Origin: Nemertoderma westbladi
Taxonomy: Eukaryota; Animalia; Xenacoelomorpha
Assembly (NCBI GenBank): GCA_032718475.1
Contig: JAUCBJ010004601.1
Span: 1 to 64,000, forward strand
Reading direction: 5' to 3'
Length of the DNA: 64,000 nt
How positions within the stretch are numbered: position 1 is the stretch's first letter; each line of letters begins with the position of its first letter. The position numbers and the translations under genes are program-made. Below are positions 12,060 through 25,424 of this stretch, piece by piece. The notes under the pieces are model-generated. The model worked only from the letters and a program-made list of their open reading frames with translations. It was not told where the DNA came from and made no database searches.

Positions 12060-15000
12060 TAAGACGTTTTCACGAGTTAGTAAGTCGTTCGCAAGAATTT
12101 GTAACTTGATCGCACGAGTTAGTAAGTCGTTTGCACGAGTTTGTAAGTTGATTGCACGGGTTATTAAGTCGTTTGCACGAGTTAGTAAGTCGTTTGCACG
12201 AGTTAGTAAGTCGTTCGCAAGAGTTAGTAAGTTGATCGCATGAGTTAGTAACTCGTTCGCACGAGTTAGTAAGTCGTTTGCACGAGTTTGTAAGTTGATC
12301 GCACGAGATAGTAAGTCGTTTGCACGAGTTAGTAAGTCGTTCGCACGAGTTAGTAAGTCGTTTGCACGTGTTAGTAACTCGATCGCACGAGTTAGTAAGT
12401 CGTTCGCACGAGTTAGTAAGTCGTTCGCAAGAGTTTGTAAGTTGATCGCACGAGTTAGTATGTCGTTTGCACGAGTTAGTAAGTCGTTCGCACGAGTTAG
12501 TAAGTCGTTTGCACGTGTTAGTAAGTCGTTTGCACGAGTTAGTAAGTCGTTCGCACGAGTTAGTAAGTTGATCGCACGAGTTAGTAAGTCGTTTGCACGA
12601 GTTAGTAAGTCGTTTGCACGTGTTAGTAAGTCGTTTGCACGAGTTAGTAAGTCGTTTGCACGAGTTAGTAAGTCGTTTGCACGAGTTAGTAAGTCGTTTG
12701 CACGTATTAGTGAGTCGTTTACACGAGTTAGTTAGACGTTTGCACGTGTTTGTAAGTTGATCGCAGGAGTTAGTAAGTTGATCGCACGTGTTAGTAAGTC
12801 GTTTGCACGTGTTAGTAAATCGTTTGCACGAGTTAGTAAGTCGTTTGCACGAGTTAGTGAGTCGTTTGCACGTGTTTGTAAGTTGATCGCACGATTTAGT
12901 GAGTCGTTTACACGAGTTTGTAAGTTGATCGCACGAGTTAGTAAGTCGTTTGCACGAGTTAGTAAGTCGTTTGCACGAGTTAGAAAGTCGTTTGCACGAG
13001 TTTGTAAGTTGATCGCACGAGTTGGTAAGTCGTTTGCACGAGTTAGTAAGTCGTTTGCACGAGTCAGTAAGTCGTTTGCAGGTGTTAGTAAGTCGTTTGC
13101 ACGAGTTAGTAAGTCGTTTGCACGTATTAGTGAGTCGTTTACACGAGTTAGTTTGTCGTTTGCACGTGTTTGTAAGTTGATCGCACGAGTTAGTGAGTCG
13201 TTTACACGGGTTAGTAAGTCGTTCGCACGAGTTAGTAAGTCGTTCACACGAGTTAGTAAGTCGTTTGCACGTATTAGTGAGTCGTTTACACGAGTTAGTT
13301 AGTCGTTTGCACGTGTTTGTAAGTTGATCGCACGAGTTAGTGAGTCGTTTACACGAGTTTGTAAGTTTATCACACGAGTTAGTAAGTCGTTTGCACGAGT
13401 TAGTAAGTCGTTTGCACGAGTTAGTAAGTCGTTTGCACGAGTTAGTAAGTCGTTTGCACGAGTAAGTAAGTCGTTTGCACGAGTTTTGTAAGTTGATCGC
13501 ACGAGTTAGTAAGTCGTTTGCACGAGTTAGTAAGTCGTTTGCACGTGTTTGTAAGTTGATCGCACGAGTTAGTAAGTCGTTCGCAAGAGTTTCTAAGTTG
13601 ATCACACGAGTTAGTAAGTCGTTTGCACGAGTTAGTAAGTCGTTTGCACGAAATTGTAAGTTGATCGCACGAGTTAGTAAGTCGTTTGCACGAGATAGTA
13701 AGTCGTTCGCACGAGTTAGTAAGTCGTTCGCACGAGTTAGTAAGTCGTTTGCACGAGTTAGTAAGTCGTTTGCACGTGTTAGTAAGTCGTTTGCACGAGT
13801 TAGTAAGTCGTTTGCACGAGTTAGTAAGTCGTTTGCACGAGTTAGTAAGTCGTTTGCACGTATTAGTGAGTCGTTTACACGAGTTAGTTAGACGTTTGCA
13901 CGTGTTTGTAAGTTGATCGCAGGAGTTAGTAAGTTGATCGCACGTGTTAGTAAGTCGTTTGCACGTGTTAGTAAGTCGTTTGCACGAGTTAGTAAATCGT
14001 TTGCACGAGTTAGTAAGTCGTTTGCACGAGTTAGTGAGTCGTTTGCACGTGTTTGTAAGTTGATCGCACGATTTAGTGAGTCGTTTGCACGAGTTAGTAA
14101 GTCGTTTGCACGAGTTAGTAAGTCGTTTGCACGAGTCAGTAAGTCGTTTGCAGGTGTTAGTAAGTCGTTTGCACGAGTTAGTAAGTCGTTTGCACGTATT
14201 AGTGAGTCGTTTACACGAGTTAGTTTGTCGTTTGCACGTGTTTGTAAGTTGATCGCACGAGTTAGTGAGTCGTTTACACGGGTTAGTAAGTCGTTCGCAC
14301 GAGTTAGTAAGTCGTTCACACGAGTTAGTAAGTCGTTTGCACGTATTAGTGAGTCGTTTACACGAGTTAGTTAGTCGTTTGCACGTGTTTGTAAGTTGAT
14401 CGCACGAGTTAGTGAGTCGTTTACACGAGTTTGTAAGTTTATCACACGAGTTAGTAAGTCGTTTGCACGAGTTAGTAAGTCGTTTGCACGAGTTAGTAAG
14501 TCGTTTGCACGAGTTAGTAAGTCGTTTGCACGAGTTTTGTAAGTTGATCGCACGAGTTAGTAAGTCGTTTGCACGAGTTAGTAAGTCGTTTGCACGTGTT
14601 TGTAAGTTGATCGCACGAGTTAGTGAGTCGTTTACACGAGTTTCTAAGTTGATCACACGAGTTAGTAAGTCGTTTGCACGAGTTAGTAAGTCGTTTGCAC
14701 GAATTTGTAAGTTGATCGCACGAGTTAGTAAGTCGTTTGCACGAGATAGTAAGTCGTTTGCATGAGTTAGTAAGTCGTTCGCACGAGTTAGCAAGTCGTT
14801 TGCACGTGTTAGTAACTCGATCGCACGAGTTAGTAAGTCGTTCGCACGAGTTAGTAAGTCGTTCGCAAGAGTTTGTAAGTTGATCGCACGAGTTAGTATG
14901 TCGTTTGCACGAGTTAGTAAGTCGTTTGCACGAGTTAGTAAGTCGTTTGCAAGAGTTAGTAAGTCGTTTGCACGAGTTAGTAAGTCTTTTGCACGAGTTT

Positions 15001-17376
15001 TGTAAGTTGATCGCACGAGTTAGTAAGTCGTTTGCACGAGTTAGTAAGTCGTTTGCACGTGTTTGTAAGTTGATCGCACGAGTTAGTGAGTCGTTTACAC
15101 GAGTTTCTAAGTTGATCACACGAGTTAGTAAGTCGTTTGCACGAGTTAGTAAGTCGTTCGCACGAGTTAGTAAGTTGATCGCACGAGTTAGTAAGTCGTT
15201 TGCACGAGTTCGTAAGTCGTTCGCACGAGTTAGTAAGTCGTTTGCACGTGTTAGTAAGTCGTTTGCACGAGTTAGTAAGTCGTTTGCACGTATTAGTGAG
15301 TCGTTTACACGAGTTAGTTAGACGTTTGCACGTGTTTGTAAGTTGATCGCAGGAGTTAGTAAGTTGATCGCACTTGTTAGTAAGTCGTTTGCACGTGTTA
15401 GTAAGTCGTTTGCACGAGTTAGTAAGTCGTTTGCACGAGTTAGTGAGTCGTTTGCACGTGTTTGTAAGTTGATCGCACGAGTTAGTGAGTCGTTTACACG
15501 AGTTTGTAAGTTGATCGCACGAGTTAGTAAGTCGTTTGCACGAGTTTGTAAGTTGATTGCACGAGTTAGTAAGTCGTTTGCACGAGTTAGTAAGTCGTTT
15601 GCACGAGTCAGTAAGTCGTTTGCAGGTGTTAGTAAGTCGGTTGCACGAGTTAGTAAGTCGTTTGCACGTATTAGTAAGTCGTTTACACGAGTTAGTTTGT
15701 CGTTTGCACGTGTTTGTAAGTTGATCGCACGAGTTAGTGAGTCGTTTACACGAGTTTGTAAGTTGATCGCACGAGTTAGTAAGTCGTTTGCACGAGTCAG
15801 TAAGTCGTTTGCACGTACGTGTTAGTAAGTCGTTTGCACGAGTTAGTAAGTCATTTGCACGTATTAGTGAGTCGTTTACACGAGTTAGTAAGTCTTTTGC
15901 ACGAGTTTGTAAGTTGATCGCACGAGTTAGTGAGTCGTTTACACGAGTTAGTAAGTCGTTTGCACGTGTTAGTAAGTCGTTTACACGAATTTAAGTCGTT
16001 TGCACGTATTAGTGAGTCGTTTACACGAGTTAGTTAGTCGTTTGCACGTGTTTGTAAGTTGATCGCACGAGTTAGTGAGTCGTTTACACGAGTTTGTAAG
16101 TTTATTGCACGAGTTTTGTAAGTTGATCGCACGAGTTAGTGAGTCGTTTACACGAGTTTGTAAGTTGATCGCACGAGTTAGTAAGTCGTTTGCACGAGTT
16201 TGTAAGTTGATTGCACGAGTTAGTAAGTCGTTTGCACGAGTTAGTAAGTCGTTTGCACGAGTCAGTAAGTCGTTTGCAGGTGTTAGTAAGTCGGTTGCAC
16301 GAGTTAGTAAGTCGTTTGCACGTATTAGTAAGTCGTTTACACGAGTTAGTTTGTCGTTTGCACGTGTTTGTAAGTTGATCGCACGAGTTAGTGAGTCGTT
16401 TACACGAGTTTGTAAGTTGATCGCACGAGTTAGTAAGTCGTTTGCACGAGTCAGTAAGTCGTTTGCACGTACGTGTTAGTAAGTCGTTTGCACGAGTTAG
16501 TAAGTCATTTGCACGTATTAGTGAGTCGTTTACACGAGTTAGTAAGTCTTTTGCACGAGTTTGTAAGTTGATCGCACGAGTTAGTGAGTCGTTTACACGA
16601 GTTAGTAAGTCGTTTGCACGTGTTAGTAAGTCGTTTACACGAATTTAAGTCGTTTGCACGTATTAGTGAGTCGTTTACACGAGTTAGTTAGTCGTTTGCA
16701 CGTGTTTGTAAGTTGATCGCACGAGTTAGTGAGTCGTTTACACGAGTTTGTAAGTTTATTGCACGAGTTAGTAAGTCGTTTGCACGAGTTAGTAAGACGT
16801 TTGCACGAGTTTTGTAAGTTGATCGCACGAGTTAGTAAGTCGTTTGCACGAGTTAGTAAGTCGTTTGCACGTGTTTGTAAGTTGATCGCACGAGTTAGTG
16901 AGTCGTTTACACGAGTTTGTAAGTTGATCGCACGAGTTAGTAAGTCGTTTGCACGAGTTAGTAAGTCGTTTGCACGTATTAGTGAGTCGTTTATACGAGT
17001 TAGTTAGTCGTTTGCACGTGTTTGTAAGTTGATCGCAGAAGTTGATCGCACGTGTTAGTAAGTCGTTTGCATGTGTTAGTAAGTCGTTTGTACGAGTTTG
17101 TAAGTCGTTTGCACATGTTAGTGAGTCGTTTACACGAGTTAGTAAGACGTTTCCACGAGTTAGTGAGTCGTTTACACGAGTTAGTAAGTTGTTCGCACGA
17201 GTTAGTAAGTCGTTCGCACGAGTTAGTAAGTCTTTCGCACGAGTTAGTTAAGTCGTTTGCACGACTTCGTAAGTAATCCGCACCTCGCACGAGTTAGTAA
17301 GTCGTTCGCACGAGTAAGTGATTCGTTTACACGAGTTAGTAAGTTGTTCGCACGAGTTTGTAAGTTGTTCGCACGA
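12060..17376. repeat. 21-bp tandem satellite, ~5.3 kb (~250 units)
   Basis: Main unit CACGAGTTAGTAAGTCGTTTG, frequent variant CACGAGTTTGTAAGTTGATCG; source of all TRANDLL / SCKRLTN / RVSKSFA ORFs. Confidence 0.97.
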
Positions 17377-17621
17377 GGGCTCCTTACTAATTTTATCAGC
17401 TTAAAGACACACATTTAGTCTGCTTCCCTGTTTCCGTCTAATATTATTCCATCATATTGTATTTCAAAAAAACTAAAATGCACTGTAACAATAATTACTT
17501 AGTTATACAATTATACTGTGTAGGTGTTGCTATGTAATAATATTATTGTATCCCATGATATACTGTATATCCAAAAACCTAAAATTCCTACTGCTATGCG
17601 ATATATGCTATGCGATTACAG

Positions 17622-17890
17622 GCCCATGTGAAGAATACCAGACTTTCTGCCGTTATATTTCACTTTGCAGTTACCCCCATGTGAAGAATTCCAGGTTTTC
17701 ACCAAAAATACAGGTTACAGAAGGGCTGAATCTAACCAAAACAATAAACAAATTAGTACAGGTTATAAGACAGAAATAAGCGATATAAAACACTTAATAA
17801 AGATAATTAAAAAAAATAAAAAATCTTCATATATAAAATTCCAATAAAAAGTCGACTGTAAAGTGAAATCCTGGTATTCTTCACATGGGC
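17622..17890. mobile_element. 269-bp MITE
   Basis: Perfect 20-bp TIR GCCCATGTGAAGAATACCAG / CTGGTATTCTTCACATGGGC plus an internal copy at ~17676; no TSD seen. Confidence 0.75.
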
Positions 17891-18754
17891 GGTTTTACCC
17901 ATATTATTTTATAAACAAACTACATGTTTTATTTAATTAATGGCGATTGTTTTCCTCTATAAGTAATTAGACCCTTTTACTATGTTTGTTTTTACTTAGA
18001 TTATTTTTATTATATTTTTCTAAATTATTTTATGAACCAAATATTTATGAACCAAATATTTATGAACCATAGAAGAGAATCAACCTACAATTAATTAATT
18101 ATGATTATTTAGATTTTGATCTATAACTTATCCCGTTTTAACATATGAACTGCATACCGTTTATTGAAAGTTGCTATAATTAATTATTTTTTACGGTTTA
18201 ATTACAAATTTAAATTGAATGCTTAATTGTAGTACCGGTACAGAATGTTGTATGCTTATCATGTATGGTTTATTGTTTGTAGTTATGTATATTCCTTTTT
18301 ACATGTTTTGTACAGGAATTAAAACGAATCAATCAATCAATCAATCATATATATCCAAAAACCTAAATTTGTTTCCATTTAAACTAAATCTAAGGTAAAT
18401 TAAACTACAATAAACTATATACTATTACAAAACGTTTATAATTTAAGTAAATAAAAAATTGAATTAGGTTTTAGAGACTGAAGGAACATGTAAAACTACT
18501 AACTACTATGTCAACATGATGGCGCATGACGTATTTATTATGATAAGATCACCAACCTTTATTTACACAAAATGGACATTTAAATAGAAAGGCATATTGC
18601 CAGCCAGAAAGAATACATTGGGTCACCGAATGTATTCTTAAAAATTAACGCCCACATTATTTCTATTGTCACTACAACGATTAATATCATCATACTACAC
18701 AGCGATTTACTATTAATTACTACTCTACTTTCTAAGAACATATAGTAGTAACCT

Positions 18755-19440
18755 TGTGACGGGATCCGAGAATCCCGGTTTATCCGTTGTCTTATCTACG
18801 CGTCCCCGCCGTGCGTGTATGAAAAGAGTTCTGGGTTGTTGACTGATCGGTGTGTATAAATACAAGGGTATAATATAATCGAATAGGATATAGCACAATG
18901 TTAAGTATACCGGTAAAATAGAGTAACAGTACTGCCGTAGACGGAGACGGTGAAAAGAGTTCCGGTACTGCCCTAACTAACTGACTTACTAAAGTGAATG
19001 AAATGACACAAAGACTGGTAATATTTTGCATGGTTGGCCATATTGCGTTACTCAGTCGATGCTTGCCCCCCATTGGCTGATAACCTAATTGTCGCCCTGT
19101 CACCTCCCTGGGAGTGTTTCCCCTTGCTGCTGTTATTCCCTCTCTCTCAGGGGTGGTGTAACCCCTGACCCCCATTGTGTGTGTGTTCTCTGGGGTTTCT
19201 CCTTCCCATTTTGTTGGGGTGATACGAGGTTGATTGGCAATCAACCTCGTGTTCCCAATATTGCTTAAAGCTAACTCTTGTGGGGTGGTTACCGGAATTG
19301 ATTCGCTAACAAACCTATTGGAATCCATGGCACCTATTCAACTCACTAAATTAATGTGAGGCAATCATTCATAACCCGTGGTGAAAGTGTCAATAAATAG
19401 AGTGTGATTGAAATAAAGTGCTTATAGGTATTCAATCGAA
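18755..19440 (+). repeat. LTR-like segment, right end uncertain
   Basis: Abrupt GC rise starting TGTGAC, AATAAA signals at ~19392 and ~19412; the right side runs into the poly-G MITE. Confidence 0.3.
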
Positions 19441-19454
19441 ACTAAATCAAATCT

Positions 19455-19586
19455 AAACTCAATAGAACATGTTACAGGTTTATATTTGAGCATAATCAGT
19501 TGTTATTTGCGTCCAATTTCCACTGGAGAGGGATTAATTTTTATTGCGTCCAGTTCCCCCCCCCCCCCCCCCCCCCCCCTATCTGT
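19455..19586 (-). mobile_element. Partial inverted copy of the poly-G MITE
   Basis: Reverse complement of 9932-10040 and 11520-11640. Confidence 0.75.
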
Positions 19587-19694
19587 TTCCTTCACTATAT
19601 CCTCATTTCCTCCTCGACAATATACTTAACTCAAAAAAATAAAACAGAATAGAATTTAAGTCTTCCAAGTTCAGACACCACAGATGGTGTTTGA

Positions 19695-20012
19695 TGTAAC
19701 GAAACACAAACCTCATTCGTCATCTCGCCGAGTCACTCTGGCGAGCTGGGACGGCATGCGAGAGAGGGGTTTCGGCTGCGTGTTGGGGGGTATTCCGAGG
19801 ATAGTCTGTGCTCCACCGTTGCAGCCCCCTCTGTTTGCGTGGTGGTCGTCGCACCTGGTGTAGCTTGAGGTTCGGTGACGGCGCGGGGCTCAGGGGATTT
19901 AATCAGATTAGGGCTACTAACTGTCTGACACCCCTTTTCCCCTTGTAATATTATTGTTGTAATACTTTTGTGCTTGTGTATATATATATCTTTGTGAATA
20001 ATAAATAATACA
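19695..20012 (+). repeat. Possible solo LTR
   Basis: TGTAAC...AATAAATAATACA; flanks TTTGA / TTTTA (5 bp, one mismatch). Confidence 0.35.
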
Positions 20013-20089
20013 TTTTATATTCTTAACAACATATTCAATATCGGCCCAAATCTGATTAATTTTTTTTAAAGAGAATCAACACCCCATGT

Positions 20090-21400
20090 CGGGGTAAAAT
20101 TGAATTTATACATTATACAGTTACAATTACAGCACAGCACAAAATAACATAAAAATAAATAATAAAATAGCTAATTTATAATATTAAATTCAAATTAGGT
20201 ACTTATTTAATTAGTCGTTGTTTATTTAACCAAGGCAAGGTAAGTTGTAATACTGGGGGGCAGAGGCGCAGTTGACTATGTGTAGACGATCGGCACAGCA
20301 CTCGCCACAGTACCTAAACAAACATTCTAAAAATCTAGTCCTAGGCGGGTGGAATGGGGTGTGTTTGGTGCATATTTTGTGGTGGAATCCATGGCTGGTA
20401 TAGCGTGTAATCACGTTCCGGTATTTCTGGCATTACGTTCCACCCTAAAATTGTTGTATTGTTCTAGAACAACTTCATTGAAAGCGACTTCTGGCATATG
20501 GTCCATGATATCTTCTATCAGCGTGTTTTCATTAATTATTGGCAGTGCAAGGGTCGAAGAGCCCAAGCAAGCGCGAAGGTCGTTTATATTTATCCAGATC
20601 TTTGAGGTGGTGGAGTTTAAGAAATCTACTGTATGTCGAGCGAGCATTATAGTGCCATTATTGGGGAGATTTTCCCAATTGAATATTTTCGTTGCTGTTG
20701 TGACCGATAGTAGTTGTAGGGTGGTGAAGGGACCCTTTTATTTTAAATGCTTTCTCTTTTTTCGTCTGTATATGACATGTGAAGTACATGCTGGATTTAA
20801 TTGTTATACATACCAGGTAATCGTATTCATTTGCTATTTTGACTGGTTTTCCATTGTAAATAACGTTGTCTTGTTTTGACAGGCGTCCGACCACCTTTTT
20901 TGAATTTAACAACTTTTGTTTTTGCCAGATCAATTTCCATGCAAATTAATAAACACCATTGTCGAAGAGCATTTAAACTGAGTTGTATTTCATCTTTATT
21001 TCTCGAGTAAATCACTAGACCTTCCGCAAAGAATATAAGTAAACCTTATAAGTTGGTTGACATTTCGTAGGATGATAGTTAATATAAACAGAAGCAGTGA
21101 CAGGTTGTCGAATGGCCTCGGACAGGCACAGGCGGGGCGGAGGCCATCAAATATTCATTGAATTAAATAAATCCTTATTTATGTCAAACGTTTTCCCTTT
21201 TATTCCTAAACCGTGGATTTTGTAAAGAAGTTGAGCATGGCTCTACCCAGATGGAATGCTTTTCTAAATTTAATAAATAATGTGTTTAAAACTCGCTCAT
21301 TGTGGTTGCTTGCGTACAGTATATCGCTAATATTGGTAAAGAGTTTGTTTATCTCCCGTAATGTTGATGTTCGCCCTTTCTTAACTTCACAATTTTACTA
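20090..21400 (-). mobile_element. Decayed non-LTR retrotransposon (RT and C-terminus)
   Basis: LFFAEGLVIYSRN (decayed YADD region), LNALRQWC...KTKVVKFKKGGR, YDYL, and a Cys/His-rich end; many frameshifts. Confidence 0.75.
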
Positions 21401-24400
21401 ACAAACAATTTTGTGCAACCTCAGAATTCTCACTCAAATTTGGCCAGTAACATGAAAATATAAATCAAACTTGCACGGCGTATGACCCACAGGGAGTCTA
21501 ATCAGCAGTCCTTCCAGGCCTATTGAGATTAAGTACTGCATACTGCTTTCTGCTACTACTTGCAGGATCAACTGTCAGACGGTAAGTTCCTGATTCCCGT
21601 GAGCAATATGACGGATGGGCCGTCGAGCACAAAGGCGCACTGCTGTCATGTAGAAGATAATGTTCTGGCTTACATCTGGACGACCGTGGGTTGCCTAAGA
21701 ATTATATTGTTTCGATTGTCGGTCCCTGGCCTCGGTTCGGGGACTCATTGTTGTAGAGCACTAAGTCTTTACTTATAAATTTCAGGACAAACAGCGATCG
21801 AAACTTAGGGAAACAAGAATTTATTAAATCGTAACATCAGGGTGATAATATGAGGAGTAACATAATTTCGGATATTCTCAATATCTTCAAACATCCGTTA
21901 TTCCAGACATTAGATCCAGTTCCTATTTTCGTCCTGAAGGACCTCAGTGAAATCCCGCCTTTCACGACTACAGACGCTCACATGCTCTTCCTTCTCTACT
22001 GTACTCTACAGGGTAAAGTAGCAGTACTTGATCGTGATCATAGTTTGCTGTTGCGATTCTGATAAGGTCAGGTTCGAACTTCTGGATCAGACCTTAGTTC
22101 GGCCGCGAGAAAGTCAAGGCTGAGTTATGTGGATGCTGCTAAAAGATTACCCTCGGTCGGCTCCAAAGAGAGTACGTAAGGTAAGTGATGCAAGAAGAAT
22201 ATAAATCATATTAAAGTAAAAAGAGGGTTTAATTGGCTGATATAATTACATAATATAAAGTAAACGCTTTCGGCCTACCGGCCTGCCTCAACTTAAAGAA
22301 TACAGGAATGCACCACCAAATAAAAGTATGTACATCGAATTCAAAATTCAATAATAAGTGTGTCAAATTAGAAATCGAAATCTGTCTTAAAGGTAAGGAG
22401 GGTAAGGGCAAGGAGAATACTACGAAGGATCAGACGGTGCCCGAGAATAAGTTTGCTGTGGCAGAGTCTGCGCTCCCAGTTCCCTTGACAATCAGTGATG
22501 GTGTTTCCTCTGGTACTGACGCACCACCTATCTCGTCACACCTTGCAACTTGCCAATAAAATGGTCAAACCTACAAGGTACATTTCCTGCCGAGGAGGGA
22601 TTACGACTTCCTCCCAGGGACCTGTCACCACCACCATCTTAAAACGATCGGTACAATCAGCGCAATCCCTTTTATCTCAGTCTTCCTCGGCCAAGTTATT
22701 CCGCAAGGGTGTGAAACAGTTACATTATTCTTTCCCCCCTTCAACTCCAGTCGACGACTCCAACTGGTGGGCCAACTATTTGGACTGCGCCCCCTGACTC
22801 ATTGGAACTCCATCCATCAGCGGCAGAAGGACTTCAAGTCCAAGAGTCCCTTGCTACTGCACCCAGTAATGGTTCTCCACCATTAAAGCATTGCAAACAA
22901 GTCTCTAAGAAGAAAAGGACCCAGAAATAAACATTTATTTTTCTGGATACTTTTTATTACTACTATTCGGTTTTATATAACTCCTATAAAATTTTATTTC
23001 ACTCCATATACCGAAAATAAGTAAATGGTGTTTTTGGCTAATTCATTTAGCCTAATTATTATAAATTTTTGGTCACGGGCTGAGATATTTTAAATGTTTA
23101 ACTTTTTGGGTATGTAATTTGAGTTTTTCGCCCAGGTGTCTTCGCCTGGGCTAAATGAATGGAAGCGGTGTTGCTACAAATGTGTTCCCTGCAGTTTTAT
23201 TTTACTTATTTTGAGTAATCTAGATTTAAAGTCTATATTTTGTTTAGTTAAGTAATTTACGAATGGATTTATTCTGTGTCACTGGTTAATAATTAGTTAA
23301 TTTCTGTGAAATGTTGATTGAGATGCCACCTAGCGTCATTGTGCTCACACTTTCTCTATAGTAGCAGGTGCCTCTTTAGGCCTCGCGGTGGTGCCTTGAT
23401 GCCGTTAGTTGCCTCTTTGGGCCTTCCGTATATAAACTCCAATTAGAGAACAGACCGGCACCTATTAGTTTGTATTCAATGCTAAACTATGGTCCTTGTA
23501 AAAACCTGGTCGATCTTTATTGACTGGAATTATCACATTATAATATAAATTTTGATATTACAATTATAATATTACATTATATATATAAAATCATATTATA
23601 CATTAATTGGATTATTACTCACATTGTACATGTTATTAAATATTGTTAATTCATTTATTTCCTTTTATTGACAGTGAACTCAGCTAGGTCTGTATAATTT
23701 AGCACCATTGATAATCTGGAAAATGGTGTTAGATCTGTGTGTGCCGACTTATACCCTAACCCATTATATAATTACCGTATGGCGATATTTCTAACTAATA
23801 GTTTAAGCGAAGCCTTTAATATTAATAGTAACATGATTGAGTATTGTCCTAGATTTAATATTATATTGTCCTAGATTTAATATTATAAAGTAAAAATACG
23901 TTTCCCCTAAATGGAAACACAATTGCGAACTAGGCCCTTACGTAAATAATCAAAAAATCATTTTTTCTGTATATCAAACTGTTTCTATTTTTATAACAAT
24001 TAAACAATTGATTACAAATCAAAGTTATAACATTCTAAATTCCATTTCATTAATTAAATTTGAGGGAAAGCTATCAGATATCTGGGGACTGTTTACACAA
24101 GTGAATTACATAAGTGATCAATTTGCCGTCATGAAATAAGCAGCTATATGAGTGAATCAAGACTGGGAGGGACAATAGGGGATACAGTATAAGATCGGTA
24201 TATTCAGACATCCTTCATCTTTGAGGTTTACCAGCACCATCACGTTTGTCTGTGCTAGACTGGAGCTTTCAATACAAGTTATATAGTTTGCGATAACGAT
24301 TTATAACCTTAAATTTCTGGAGAAAACCGTTTTTGATCAAATGCGCTAACACAGATGTTTCAGGTGCAAAGTAAAACAAAAGTATAAAAGTGGTATTTGT

Positions 24401-25424
24401 TTCCACAGCAACAAAATTATCGGTTTTGGCAATGAGAGAAGGATATAGGTATGGTCGTATTAGCACCATCAGCCCACATGATGGTTTGCCATTTAGTGGT
24501 TTATATGCTGATTCTTTATAAGTATAGTAACATTGATTATTCGCTGTTGATGCAGTTAGAAATGTTTAAATAAAAAGATTACTAAAAAGTTCATTAAGTT
24601 ATCGTGATGTCAATTGGACATATGGGGGTCATGACCCTGGGTAGAAAGGTTGGGACTGTATCCCGTATTTGATCCAACTCGGAATCTTGGTTTCAACCTT
24701 AGAGCAGCACGATCTTGCTCTGTTATAGACATTTTCGGATAAGCAATCCATCTTCCCAGCTGTTGGGATCCATCAGTTTCTCAATCATCTTGTGGAGTAG
24801 TAATCTGAAACGCATGTGATTCTGAATCATGATCATTGATCATGAGGGTAACATCAGTGAATTTAAGTTATTCTTGAGTGAGATAATCTTGAACATCACT
24901 CACAGTGACATTATTAGCGAAACGGCCTACATAGATGTGGGCTAGTTGCACACAATCTGCCTTTGGTGCAACTCCAAGAGCGGTACCACTTTTACGGCCA
25001 ATAGTTGCAGCCTGGCGATCATGTATCGGTCGATTAGTAACAGTTTTCCATTAATCATTTTGCAATGCTGTTGTTTCACCATCCTGTCTATTAGTAGCCA
25101 GAGCAATTCTTCGAATTGGTGGGATTAAGTCGAGCAATTTGTCTCTCGAATTATTTGTTTGCCTTTGGTGTTCTAGGTTAAGCATAGGTATTCCTTTATG
25201 AGTATCTTTATTCAGCCTTTCCGGTTCGCGTAGTGATTGAGATAACTTACTTAAAAAGGGAGTCCCATCATGGAACCACCCCACCAGGTAGTATATACCA
25301 TATAACACAATTATTTATGGTGAATGATAGCAAACCTCTGTTAGGAAATTTAGCACTCTTTAAATAAACGAAGTTAATTATTGTATGTGGAACATTAATT
25401 ATTAAATTGAATGCATATAAATCC

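Noticed and set aside
12070-17290. ORFs up to 524 aa (TRANDLL, SCKRLTN, RVSKSFA repeats)
   Set aside because: Artefacts of a 21-bp unit that lacks stops in several frames on both strands; frames switch at single-base indels.
12060-17376. CRISPR-like array
   Set aside because: Units are contiguous with no unique spacers, there are no cas genes and the context is eukaryotic.
18755-19476. Solo LTR ending at GTTACA 19476
   Set aside because: That GTTACA belongs to the adjacent MITE copy and the flanks are not a direct repeat.
9932-19586. One 9.6-kb transposon bounded by inverted poly-G/poly-C ends
   Set aside because: The same repeat also occurs internally and at ~34920, and there is no TSD; independent MITE copies explain it.
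22059-22115. Hammerhead-like CTGATAAG with a hairpin
   Set aside because: Core is not CUGANGA and stems I and III cannot be formed.
21400-22900. Possible LINE ORF1 remnants (LSYVDAAKRL at ~22120)
   Set aside because: Only one short motif and no continuous frame; not enough to call.
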